NCBI GenBank assembly: GCA_964436255.1
Contig: CAYTBW010000004.1
Span: 2,685 to 66,684 of the forward strand
DNA: 64,000 nucleotides
DNA from: an uncultured Candidatus Saccharibacteria bacterium
GTDB taxonomy: Bacteria > Patescibacteriota > Saccharimonadia > CAILAD01 > JADZBC01
Direction of reading: 5' to 3'
Shown: positions 1 to 7,724 of the stretch, one piece after another
Position numbering within the stretch: position 1 is the stretch's first letter
How the letters are laid out: each line of letters opens with the position of its first letter
Position numbers and translations under genes: made by a program
Notes under the pieces: generated by a model
Database searches by the model: none
What the model saw: only the letters and a program-made list of their open reading frames with translations
What the model was told of the DNA's origin: nothing

Positions 1-1465
1 CCCCATACAGCTTCTTGAGGTAAGGGCCGCGCAGAATTCCGTCATTATGCTCACCGCACGTGGTCCCTTCAAGCCGTATAACAATTTTGTAAAACTCGTC
101 CATGAGCTCAAAGACTTTCTTTCGATCACGCAGACTTGATAGATTCAGGAATGGCTGTAAATGGAAGTTCGCGTTTCCGGCGTGACCCCATACGGCAACT
201 TGGATTTTGTATTTTTCGAACACTCTATAAATCTCGCTAAGAAATTCGGGCATGTTCTTCAGTGGCACTGCGCCGTCTTCGATAATCGGTAAAGCCTTTT
301 TAGGTCCGTTGTACATCCAAATAACTGCAGCGGCGCTTCGGCGAATCTTCCATAGCGCGGCCTGCTCCTCGGGGTCGGTCGCATAACCAGACTCATAGGC
401 AAGCACCTTAAAGACCTTAGCTACCTTATTCGCCTTACGTAGTCTGGTTGCAGACTTCACGTCGTCGAACTCAACAAGCAGCGCAACGGCCGGGAGTTTG
501 TCAGGTATTAAGCCATCAATAATATGATTGTGATGGTCTCGCAAGAACTTAAGCAAATGATAATCCACGACCTCAAGGGCACTGGGCCCTAGGGGCATGA
601 TCTTCTCGACTGCCTCTGCCATACTCTCAACGCTATCGAAGAATCCAGTCAGGAGGATTGTATGGGAATTGTATTTTTCGGTCCTGAACGTAGCCTCAGT
701 CACCACGCCTAGAGTTCCTTGTGAGCCAACAATCAACTGGGATAAATCAAAACTACCGCCTTTGCCCTTAACATCCCAAAGATTATAACCCGCTGAATTC
801 TTACTGGTTTGCGGAGCAGCACTATTCACTATCGCCTTGTTGGCAGTAAGCAAAGCATCCAGTTCGCGGTATATGTGACCTTCGAAGTCGTCCTGGCGCT
901 TCTTGGCCTTGAGCTCTTTGCGATTTAGACGGCGGGTGCTTATGACGTCCCCATTACTCAACACAACCCGCAAGCCCGTAACATAGTTACGTGTTGCACC
1001 ATACTTGATCGTCTTCTCGCCTGCCGAGTTGTTAGCCACCGCACCACCGATCGTTGCAAAATCTATACTAGCTGGATAAGGTGGCATCCACTGGCCGTGA
1101 CTCTTTAATATACCCTGCATGTGCTGATAAATCATGCCGGGCTCTACCGTGATCGAGCGCTTCCCCATTCGAACCATGCGCTTCATGTGAGCCGGGAGTA
1201 CGAGCATGGCGCCGTTGCCAAGCGCACCGCCGCCCTGATCTGTGCCTTTACCACGAGCAGTTAGGTCGATCTTGTTCCCAGATTTTGCCCTTGCCTCCAA
1301 ATACCGCACAGCCAGCACGACATCCCTTTCCGATTTTGGATAGATGATAAGCTCCGGGGTAATCTTAAAAACACTACCATCGGTTGAAAAATAATCCCTG
1401 GCTGCACTGTCCAAAGTTACTTCGCCAACAAGCAGCCTACTAAGATCCTCTACTACGCTCTTCAT
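1..1465 (-). CDS. FAD-binding (PCMH-type) oxidase, GlcD/D-lactate dehydrogenase-like; C-terminus cut by the window edge
   Basis: Absent from the ORF track because it runs off the left edge. Manual reverse-strand translation from the ATG at 1465-1463 gives MKSVVEDLSRLLVGEVTLDSAARDYFSTDGSVFKITPELIIYPKSERDVV... and stays open to base 1. It contains GTDQGGGALGNGAML and LIVGSQGTLGVVTEATF stretches typical of FAD-linked oxidases. Confidence 0.75.
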   Translation of the reverse strand, partial: MKSVVEDLSRLLVGEVTLDSAARDYFSTDGSVFKITPELIIYPKSERDVVLAVRYLEARAKSGNKIDLTARGKGTDQGGGALGNGAMLVLPAHMKRMVRMGKRSITVEPGMIYQHMQGILKSHGQWMPPYPASIDFATIGGAVANNSAGEKTIKYGATRNYVTGLRVVLSNGDVISTRRLNRKELKAKKRQDDFEGHIYRELDALLTANKAIVNSAAPQTSKNSAGYNLWDVKGKGGSFDLSQLIVGSQGTLGVVTEATFRTEKYNSHTILLTGFFDSVESMAEAVEKIMPLGPSALEVVDYHLLKFLRDHHNHIIDGLIPDKLPAVALLVEFDDVKSATRLRKANKVAKVFKVLAYESGYATDPEEQAALWKIRRSAAAVIWMYNGPKKALPIIEDGAVPLKNMPEFLSEIYRVFEKYKIQVAVWGHAGNANFHLQPFLNLSSLRDRKKVFELMDEFYKIVIRLEGTTCGEHNDGILRGPYLKKLYG

Positions 1466-1508
1466 AGCTACTAGTATACCAATTTTGCTTATGCTTGAGT
1501 ACCAATAA

Positions 1509-1537
1509 TTGACTTTGATACATAAGCATTATATATT
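1509..1537 (+). promoter_or_regulatory. sigma70-like promoter TTGACT-17-TATATT upstream of the Rpf-like gene
   Basis: TTGACT at 1509-1514, 17-nt spacer, TATATT at 1532-1537, 20 nt before the ATG at 1558. Sequence pattern only. Confidence 0.45.
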
Positions 1538-1557
1538 GATAGTAATTAGAGAATACT

Positions 1558-2427
1558 ATGCCAGCAAAACACAAAACTCGCCACGCGCATCAACACCCGC
1601 ACCACCACAAACACCTGGTGAGGCATCACAAGCCGAAACACCATAGTCCAATTCTCTATGTATTTATTGCCCTGTTTGCAATCTGCGGGCTCTACATCAT
1701 TTATCGAAGTCTAGCCGGCAGCTACATCGTCTATACCGATAACGTCGAATACTGGCGACCGCGCATTGCAGGCTGCGAAAGTGGCAGTGGGCCCAATAGC
1801 CAACCGCGATATACGGCCTTTAACGGAATAGCGCACTACGGTGCTTATCAATTCGACATTGGCACCTGGCGCAGCAATGTAAGTGCCGAAACAGCCGCCA
1901 TGTACCCTAAAGCATCTGATGCCCCTCCAGCTGTACAAGACGAGGCATTCCGCTCTACTTTTGCTAAACGCGGCACGCAGCCATGGAACGCATCGTATTA
2001 CTGCTGGTCTACGGCAGCCCGCCCGACACCTGTTCCCCTAGCCCTGCCGGACATTCTGCCTATCATCCCAGCTGCTTCGTATAATGTGTCCGTGACTGGC
2101 CAAGTTACCCTAGACGGACAGCCTAAAGAAGGTATTACTCTACAAACCTGTTACGAAGAATTCACGGTCAAGACCGATGCCGAAGGCAAGTTCACCCTAA
2201 GCCTGCCGAGCGGTACAAACTTCTGCCTTAGACCCACCAGTGGCGTCCCAGAAGGCTACCAGTTGACCAAAACTACGAACAATCCGGAGCAAAACAAGAA
2301 CAGCACCTTCGAAAACCAACGAGCGGGTGTCGGCGCCTATCGAAACATATTCTATCTATTCAGCCCTTACTACACCTGGGATCGCAACACCGACAAGGGA
2401 TATAACTTCATCTACACCAAGGTCTAA
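1558..2427 (+). CDS. Membrane-anchored Rpf-type transglycosylase-like domain protein with a C-terminal carboxypeptidase-regulatory/Cna-B-like beta domain
   Basis: His-rich N-terminus (HKTRHAHQHPHHHKHLVRHHKPKHH), then one TM helix. WRPRIAGCESGSGPN...NGIAHYGAYQFDIGTW...C follows the W..A.CES.G...G.YG..QF...TW pattern of resuscitation-promoting-factor transglycosylase-like domains. VTGQVTLDGQPKEGITLQ...KTDAEGKFTLSLPSG resembles a CarboxypepD_reg fold. Confidence 0.7.
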   Translation: MPAKHKTRHAHQHPHHHKHLVRHHKPKHHSPILYVFIALFAICGLYIIYRSLAGSYIVYTDNVEYWRPRIAGCESGSGPNSQPRYTAFNGIAHYGAYQFDIGTWRSNVSAETAAMYPKASDAPPAVQDEAFRSTFAKRGTQPWNASYYCWSTAARPTPVPLALPDILPIIPAASYNVSVTGQVTLDGQPKEGITLQTCYEEFTVKTDAEGKFTLSLPSGTNFCLRPTSGVPEGYQLTKTTNNPEQNKNSTFENQRAGVGAYRNIFYLFSPYYTWDRNTDKGYNFIYTKV

Positions 2428-2849
2428 GGCAACAGCGGCCAGTACGTGAGCTGCTTTTCGCAGGCTGCTTGAAACTCAAGCTCGTTCAGACCATACCGCT
2501 TGGCAATGGAGTGTAGTTTCGCGACTTTCCTAGGATTACGAACTTCATCGACCTGCTTGGAGGAACCGAGCCTCCTTCCAGCTCGTCGAAAAAAGAACCA
2601 ACGGCTTGTGTACTTTGGGTACATATAGACCATCCCGAGGGCATATCGCCAGCCCGACATTGGAAACTTAATACTGTGTCCGCTCCACCGAGCACGAGAA
2701 CAGGTGTAGACCACATCGCTTAACTCAGACCACTTCATAATTATGCCTTGAGCGGCTCGATACTCTTCTAGTTCCTCCGCCATATCTTGCTCGTGCCAAG
2801 CGCGATCTTCCTTCGGCATATTGAGCATGTTGTGCCATAGCTTGATCAT
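2424..2849 (-). CDS. hypothetical protein (141 aa)
   Basis: Clean ORF convergent with the Rpf-like gene, overlapping it by 4 nt. No motif recognised. Confidence 0.5.
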   Translation of the reverse strand: MIKLWHNMLNMPKEDRAWHEQDMAEELEEYRAAQGIIMKWSELSDVVYTCSRARWSGHSIKFPMSGWRYALGMVYMYPKYTSRWFFFRRAGRRLGSSKQVDEVRNPRKVAKLHSIAKRYGLNELEFQAACEKQLTYWPLLP

Positions 2850-2895
2850 GAATAATTGGCCCTCTGGATTTATGTAAGCCGAACTTAATAATTAC

Positions 2896-2981
2896 TGGTA
2901 CCGCGGAGAGGACTCGAACCTCCACAGGATTGCTCCCACTAGAACCTGAATCTAGCGTGTCTACCATTCCACCACCGCGGC
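2896..2981 (-). tRNA. tRNA-Leu (anticodon CAG), class II with long variable arm, CCA encoded
   Basis: The reverse complement reads GCCGCGGTGGTGGAATGGTAGACACGCTAGATTCAGGTTCTAGTGGGAGCAATCCTGTGGAGGTTCGAGTCCTCTCCGCGGTACCA. It has a 7-bp acceptor stem, anticodon stem CTAGA/TCTAG with loop TTCAGGT, and a GGTTCGAGTCC T-arm. Confidence 0.9.
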
Positions 2982-3085
2982 TCAATTAAAGTTACTGTGC
3001 AGTTTAACGTCATACTGGACGAAAAACACCCCGACACGCTGGTGTCTACGTCTATTTACGTTTCACGCAGCACCACCGCGGCTCA
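2970..3085. repeat. 15-bp direct repeat CACCACCGCGGCTCA (2970-2984 and 3071-3085): the tRNA-Leu 5' end is duplicated about 100 bp upstream
   Basis: Exact 15-mer match. The second copy is preceded by GGTGTCTACG, resembling the tRNA D-arm segment GTGTCTACC. Confidence 0.8.
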
Positions 3086-3162
3086 TTTATAACAAATGGG
3101 GGCTCTTATGTCATTGCCGAACGTATAGCATTGTACTACAGAGGGTCTTGCCCAGTATAGAC

Positions 3163-4890
3163 TTAGCGTGCGTCACGTTTCAAAACACGAACTCGCTTCA
3201 TGAACCACGTCTCGATGTTATTAAACCTATCGCTCGGCTCGGAGATCTTACCCGCATCCGCCCCCTCCACACGGACATCTTGGCCGTAAAGATACAGCGG
3301 ACTATAAAGAAGTGCGGCGGGCACATCCTTTGACCACACATCCAGGAAGGAAGCAAACTTTGCGGCTCGCGTATTCGGGTCACGACTCAAGCGTGCTGCC
3401 TCTAGTAACTTATCTGCCTCAACGCTCTTATAATTAGATATGTTCAGCCCAGGGTCAGCAATCTGACTTGAGTGCCAGAACGAATACGCATCCGAATCTA
3501 TGCCTACGTTCTGACCATAGAGTAGCAAGTCGTAGTTTCGTGGTCGGACGTGATTTTGCTGCAGGCTGACGATGTCGGTTTCTTTGATTTCTACTGGTAC
3601 GCCAACGAGCTCTAATTGTTGAGCAATCTGCCTTGCTACTGTGCTATACTCCGGCGACTTAAGAGTAACCAGGCGCAATGGCTTTGTCGTTTTATTAGCC
3701 TGTAAAACCTTGGATGCGGCTACCTGATCATGCTGATAGCGAACAGCTTTTGGGTTGAATCCAGCCTGGCCGGGGAGTATTGGGTAGTACACCGGCACAG
3801 CTCGGCTCGAGAGTGAGCCAGCGATGATACTATCTCGGTCAATCGCCTGCGTTATTGCCTGCCGTACAGAAGTATTGGCGAGGTAAGACGTCTTAGTATT
3901 ATAGAACAGCCCTACGTAGGCCGGCAAACTATATTCGTATATCTTCAGGCTTTCATTCTTTTCTGCAGCTCGAAGCTGGTTGGGATTAAGCTGAGAGATT
4001 CCCATAATCTGCTTACGAGCATAGCCGTCGAGCAGTGCCGCAGGGGTCGTATAAAGCGCGAAGTGAACCTCGTCCATCTTTGGGCGTCCTCGGTAATATT
4101 CCGAGTTAGCACGCAAGGTAATGAGTCCCAAATCGCTACCGAAGTCGTCAAGCACATAGGGGCCGGTACCAATTGGTCTTTGGCTAAAAGGGTTAACCCT
4201 AAGTTGTGAAAGCTGGATTGAATCAAGCAAATGGCTTGGCAATATGCCTACCGTAGTTGCAGATAGAAATGCTGTATAGCTATTTGGCAAGACAAACTTA
4301 ATCGTCTGCTCGTTCACCACTTCGTACTTTATGCCCTGCCAATTGTAGGCCAGCGGAGACTTGCTATCCGGGTTCTGTATGGCGGCTACCGTGAATGCGA
4401 CGTCCTTAGCGGTAAACGGTTGACCATCGTGCCACTTTACGTCCTTACGGAGATAGAACGTATAACTCTTTTGATCTGCTGAGATATCCCAACGCTCAGC
4501 CAGATCAGGCTCTATCTTGCGATCGCTGCCAACCTTTGTTAAGCCATTAAAGATCAATCTATTTACGTCGCTTGTGGCAGTGTTCTCGGGCAGGATGGGG
4601 TTCAAAATCCTAACTTCCCCTAATAAACCTTCGGTGTATACTCCCCCTTGAACTGGCTGCGTGGTGACAAAAAATGTATCCAAGCTGCCTATTCCTGCAA
4701 CTACACCCCAAACAGATACCGCAACGACAACGAGCCAGGATACAAACATCCACCGCATTGGGCCAAGCTTCTGCCACGCTCCATATACGTGCCTTTCGAG
4801 ATAGTTGCTAAGCCAACGTCGGCCAACCCATAATTGCTTGCGTAAACGGCGGGACTGTCTATGCCACCTAAACTTTATATAGGACCACAT
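3163..4890 (-). CDS. ABC transporter substrate-binding protein, family 5 (peptide/nickel type)
   Basis: 575 aa with an N-terminal membrane anchor. Overall OppA/DppA-like sequence (EGLLGEVRILNPIL..., DVKWHDGQPFTAKDV, GTGPYVL). Confidence 0.8.
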   Translation of the reverse strand: MWSYIKFRWHRQSRRLRKQLWVGRRWLSNYLERHVYGAWQKLGPMRWMFVSWLVVVAVSVWGVVAGIGSLDTFFVTTQPVQGGVYTEGLLGEVRILNPILPENTATSDVNRLIFNGLTKVGSDRKIEPDLAERWDISADQKSYTFYLRKDVKWHDGQPFTAKDVAFTVAAIQNPDSKSPLAYNWQGIKYEVVNEQTIKFVLPNSYTAFLSATTVGILPSHLLDSIQLSQLRVNPFSQRPIGTGPYVLDDFGSDLGLITLRANSEYYRGRPKMDEVHFALYTTPAALLDGYARKQIMGISQLNPNQLRAAEKNESLKIYEYSLPAYVGLFYNTKTSYLANTSVRQAITQAIDRDSIIAGSLSSRAVPVYYPILPGQAGFNPKAVRYQHDQVAASKVLQANKTTKPLRLVTLKSPEYSTVARQIAQQLELVGVPVEIKETDIVSLQQNHVRPRNYDLLLYGQNVGIDSDAYSFWHSSQIADPGLNISNYKSVEADKLLEAARLSRDPNTRAAKFASFLDVWSKDVPAALLYSPLYLYGQDVRVEGADAGKISEPSDRFNNIETWFMKRVRVLKRDAR

Positions 4891-5108
4891 TACTTAACAA
4901 CGAGACCGCCCAATAAGCTCCCGACAAAGATAATAGCGATCACGATGGTAGCGTAAAATAAAGCCTTCTCTGCACCGCGCTTAGACCTATAGAAGTTTCC
5001 TTCGCCTCCCCACGCACCACCTAGGCCTGCACCTTGGTTCTGCAAAAGTATTACTACGGTCAAGAGCACCGCGCTAATTAGGGTTACGTACTGTAGGATT
5101 TGCTTCAT
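4890..5108 (-). CDS. secG: preprotein translocase subunit SecG
   Basis: 72 aa, two TM helices, LLQNQGAGLGGAWGG motif typical of SecG. Confidence 0.8.
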   Translation of the reverse strand: MKQILQYVTLISAVLLTVVILLQNQGAGLGGAWGGEGNFYRSKRGAEKALFYATIVIAIIFVGSLLGGLVVK

Positions 5109-5461
5109 GCTTTTTCCTCCTTTATTAAACTAACTGCGGCATAGTTCACGAGCCAAACTATAGTGACCGCACCGAGTGCTGACCAGATTGACGTTATATC
5201 AAACGGCTTATAGATAGCACTTGTCAGGTAAAGCATAGCGGTATTAACTATAAGTGTAAAGAGCCCCAGCGTAAGCATTATAGCGGGCAATGAGAGTATG
5301 ATCGCCAAAGGTCGGATTAATGCATTAACTAAACCGAATATTAAACTCGCGACGATCAGTACTCGAAGCTTATCTTGATATTGAATCCCAGAAAACAATT
5401 GAGCAGCTATGGTGAGGCCGATAAAGTTCGCCGCCCAACTATATAGAAAGCGTTTTAGCAT
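5105..5461 (-). CDS. four-TM membrane protein of the phage-holin-4-like (PF04020-type) family
   Basis: 118 aa. FIGLTIAAQLF...LIFGLVNALIRPL..LSLP...TLGLF pattern. Overlaps secG by 4 nt. Confidence 0.55.
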   Translation of the reverse strand: MLKRFLYSWAANFIGLTIAAQLFSGIQYQDKLRVLIVASLIFGLVNALIRPLAIILSLPAIMLTLGLFTLIVNTAMLYLTSAIYKPFDITSIWSALGAVTIVWLVNYAAVSLIKEEKA

Positions 5462-5480
5462 TCATTAATTATACCATATA

Positions 5481-6971
5481 TCAGGTGTGACGCTTAGATC
5501 CTGAACTATGGATTGACTCATATATTAGACCCGCTTTTACGCCAACTATTTTCTCCAATTCAACCAAGGAAGCCTCTCGCACGCCACTCACACTGCCGAA
5601 GCTACGGACTAACTTTCGCCGAGTAACCGGCCCCACCCCTGGTATTGAATCAAGTAGCGATGTCTTGGTCCTTTTGTCTCTCAGATGAGTGTGGTAGCTA
5701 ACCGCAAAACGGTGTGCCTCATCCCTCACCCGCTGCAAAAGCTGGAGCGACGGTGAGCTATGTTTAATTCTTAACGTCGTGAAGGCCTCCTCCTCCAATA
5801 GCTCATCACCTTCTTGCGGCCTTATAGTGGCCGTAGAGGAAACTTGGTCCTTAATACGCACCACCTCTTCGTAGCGCTTTGCCAAACCGAAACGCGCTAT
5901 GTTAATCCCGAGCTCCTCTAAAACCTCGCTGGCCGCCGAAAGCTGGCCTTTGCCGCCGTCGATCAGTATTAAGTCCGGCTTCCTCCAATCATGCTTTCCG
6001 CTAAAGCGTCGGCGCATTGTCTCTGCCATCATAGCAAAATCATTTGGACCTTTTGTCCGCATTTTAAAGTGCCGATATTCCCGCTGATCGGGCAGTCCGT
6101 TTGTAAAAACAATCATACTACTCACGGCGTCACCGCCAGCAAAGTTCGATATATCATAAGCCTCAATCCTCCCCGGGGGACCGCTCAGCCCAAACCGATC
6201 GCTCAGCCCATTAAGGGCCTGATCGAGCGTAAAATCGAACGTCTCCTCTTTGCCGAACACACTCTTCTGGGAGAGAGATTTTAATGCCAAGTATTGGTCG
6301 CGCAACTTCGCTGCTTCCTCGAACCTCTTGGCCTTAGCAGCCTTCTTCATCGCGCCCTCAATCTCTCGAATGAGCTTCATGCTATCACCCCTAAGGATCA
6401 TAGTGAGTTTGCGTAAGTTAGCTTTATAGTCCGCCGAGCTTATATCTGGAGCCGGTGAAACACCGATTTGATGTTGCAATGCACTCACCTTGGGCCAAGC
6501 TGCGTCTGTGATGTAAGGGAATATTCTGCGCAGATACCGCATAGCTGAACGAACGCTTCCGCCGGATACAAATGGGCCAAAGTACGTCGCCTTATCGTCT
6601 TGTGGCCTACGGACATAACTCACACGAGGAAAGTCTTCCTGCGTAGTAATCTTAATATAGAGGAAGTTTTTGTCATCACGCAGCTCGACGTTATAGAGGG
6701 GCTTATGACGCTTAACGAGTTCTGATTCTAAGAACAATGCCTCAATTTCCGAGCTCGTTACAATCCAGTCGACGTCGGCTATGTTCTCTACAAGTATCGG
6801 TGTTTTTGTGTCTTTGTGATGTTTTTGAAAATACGAAGATACCCTACGTTTTAAGATGGAAGCTTTTCCCACATAGATAATTTTACCCTTCGCATCTTTA
6901 TAGAGATATACACCTGGCTCTGCAGGGAGCTGCTTGAGCTTGTCTTTAAGCTGTTGGTTCATAAGATCCAT
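5481..6971 (-). CDS. uvrC: excinuclease ABC subunit C (compact form, 496 aa)
   Basis: GIY-YIG N-terminus (GVYLYKDAKGKIIYVGKA), UVR motif (RFEEAAKLRDQYLAL), C-terminal HhH (IPGVGPVTRRKLVRSFGS). Confidence 0.9.
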   Translation of the reverse strand: MDLMNQQLKDKLKQLPAEPGVYLYKDAKGKIIYVGKASILKRRVSSYFQKHHKDTKTPILVENIADVDWIVTSSEIEALFLESELVKRHKPLYNVELRDDKNFLYIKITTQEDFPRVSYVRRPQDDKATYFGPFVSGGSVRSAMRYLRRIFPYITDAAWPKVSALQHQIGVSPAPDISSADYKANLRKLTMILRGDSMKLIREIEGAMKKAAKAKRFEEAAKLRDQYLALKSLSQKSVFGKEETFDFTLDQALNGLSDRFGLSGPPGRIEAYDISNFAGGDAVSSMIVFTNGLPDQREYRHFKMRTKGPNDFAMMAETMRRRFSGKHDWRKPDLILIDGGKGQLSAASEVLEELGINIARFGLAKRYEEVVRIKDQVSSTATIRPQEGDELLEEEAFTTLRIKHSSPSLQLLQRVRDEAHRFAVSYHTHLRDKRTKTSLLDSIPGVGPVTRRKLVRSFGSVSGVREASLVELEKIVGVKAGLIYESIHSSGSKRHT

Positions 6972-7002
6972 TATATCAACTATTGCTAGTTTCTAATATG
7001 CA

Positions 7003-7031
7003 TTGCATAACTGTTTCGCCTGGGCTATACT
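7003..7031 (+). promoter_or_regulatory. sigma70-like promoter TTGCAT-17-TATACT at the left edge of GC-rich segment A
   Basis: TTGCAT 7003-7008, 17-nt spacer, TATACT 7026-7031. Pattern only. It lies in the uvrC upstream gap. Confidence 0.4.
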
Positions 7032-7142
7032 CTAGTTGTCCCGTCCATTCGAGCCCTGGAGGCAAAGATCCTTACCAAACAGTCCCTTATCTTCCAGCTG
7101 CAACTTGCCCTCCACGGTGAGCACGACAGTCTGGTTCCGCAC

Positions 7143-7451
7143 TTGGCCCTCGTTCTATCTGACATCCTGGTGGCCCAGCGCGAGATGCTCACAATCGTAT
7201 CCACTGAGTCGGCGACAGAGGAGGAACGGCCCGACGAACCACCATGGGAGCTTCTCGATGCTCAGGCTCGCATTGCTGCTCGCTTCGATCAAGCTGTGCA
7301 CCGCTTCGGGGACAAGTTGAACATAGAACACTTCTCCGACCTGGTTCAACGTTCACTCGGCAGCGCTGAAGAAAACGGCGGTCACGAGCGAGAACGCATC
7401 CTGCGCGAGATCGCCGCCGAGCACAACACCACGCCCATCGAGCGTCCTTGA
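7143..7451 (+). CDS. hypothetical protein; start uncertain (frame open back to 7011 with no canonical start before the TTG at 7143)
   Basis: Track ORF of 102 aa. The same frame reads ...PSIRALEAKILTKQSLIFQLQLALHGEHDSLVPH upstream. The stop at 7449-7451 runs straight into a 14-bp hairpin. Confidence 0.55.
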   Translation: MALVLSDILVAQREMLTIVSTESATEEERPDEPPWELLDAQARIAARFDQAVHRFGDKLNIEHFSDLVQRSLGSAEENGGHERERILREIAAEHNTTPIERP

Positions 7452-7484
7452 AGGGTCGCAGTAACAACCGTTACTGCGACCCTT
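7451..7484 (+). terminator. perfect hairpin AGGGTCGCAGTAAC-aacc-GTTACTGCGACCCT followed by TTCCCTTT
   Basis: Arms 7452-7465 and 7470-7483 are exactly complementary. Confidence 0.7.
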
Positions 7485-7516
7485 TCCCTTTGATAACTAC
7501 TTTTTGTCATAGTGTA

Positions 7517-7545
7517 TTGACATTATTTGCAAACTGTGCTATCAT
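7517..7545 (+). promoter_or_regulatory. near-consensus promoter TTGACA-17-TATCAT with a TG-n extended -10
   Basis: TTGACA 7517-7522; TGCTATCAT spans 7537-7545. It sits in a short AT-rich patch inside the GC-rich island, about 180 nt upstream of the ATG at 7725. Confidence 0.55.
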
Positions 7546-7603
7546 ATTTGGCACGTTCCTAGTTTTTCTACTTTGAATGTACATTTAAAACCGACTACTT
7601 ATT

Positions 7604-7619
7604 GTCAATATGTATTGAC
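7604..7619 (+). promoter_or_regulatory. perfect palindrome GTCAATA-TG-TATTGAC (operator candidate); the 9-mer TGTATTGAC also occurs at 7513-7521 over the -35
   Basis: Arms 7604-7610 and 7613-7619 are reverse complements. TGTATTGAC occurs at both 7513-7521 and 7611-7619. Confidence 0.5.
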
Positions 7620-7629
7620 TCTTGACCTG

Positions 7630-7668
7630 CGGATACCTGTAAAGCAACGCCTGCTTTGCGGCTATCCG
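7630..7668 (+). promoter_or_regulatory. imperfect ~15-bp stem-loop in the 5' leader of the 7725 ORF
   Basis: CGGATA (7630-7635) pairs with TATCCG (7663-7668). GTAAAGC (7639-7645) pairs with GCTTTGC (7653-7659). The loop is 7 nt and no U-tract follows. Confidence 0.45.
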
Positions 7669-7724
7669 TACTGGCCAAGAGTCTGCCAACGGAATTCACC
7701 CCAAAAGACTCACTTGGAGGGCCC

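Noticed and set aside
2725-2985. Track ORFs overlapping tRNA genes (2725-2985 on tRNA-Leu, 35821-36003 on tRNA-Gln, 53274-53471 on tRNA-Ala).
   Set aside because: The tRNA cloverleaves explain the sequence, and the ORF products are implausible.
5105-5461. Holin-family gene as evidence for a prophage.
   Set aside because: It is a single gene overlapping secG in an operon. There is no endolysin, terminase, capsid or integrase gene anywhere nearby.
7036-7320. TTG-initiated 94-aa ORF at the island edge, 4 nt after the TATACT box.
   Set aside because: The product (MSRPFEPWRQRSLPNSPLSSSCNLPSTVSTTVWFRTW...) has the Ser/Pro/Arg/Trp bias of an off-frame read. The overlapping frame ending at 7451 looks like genuine protein.
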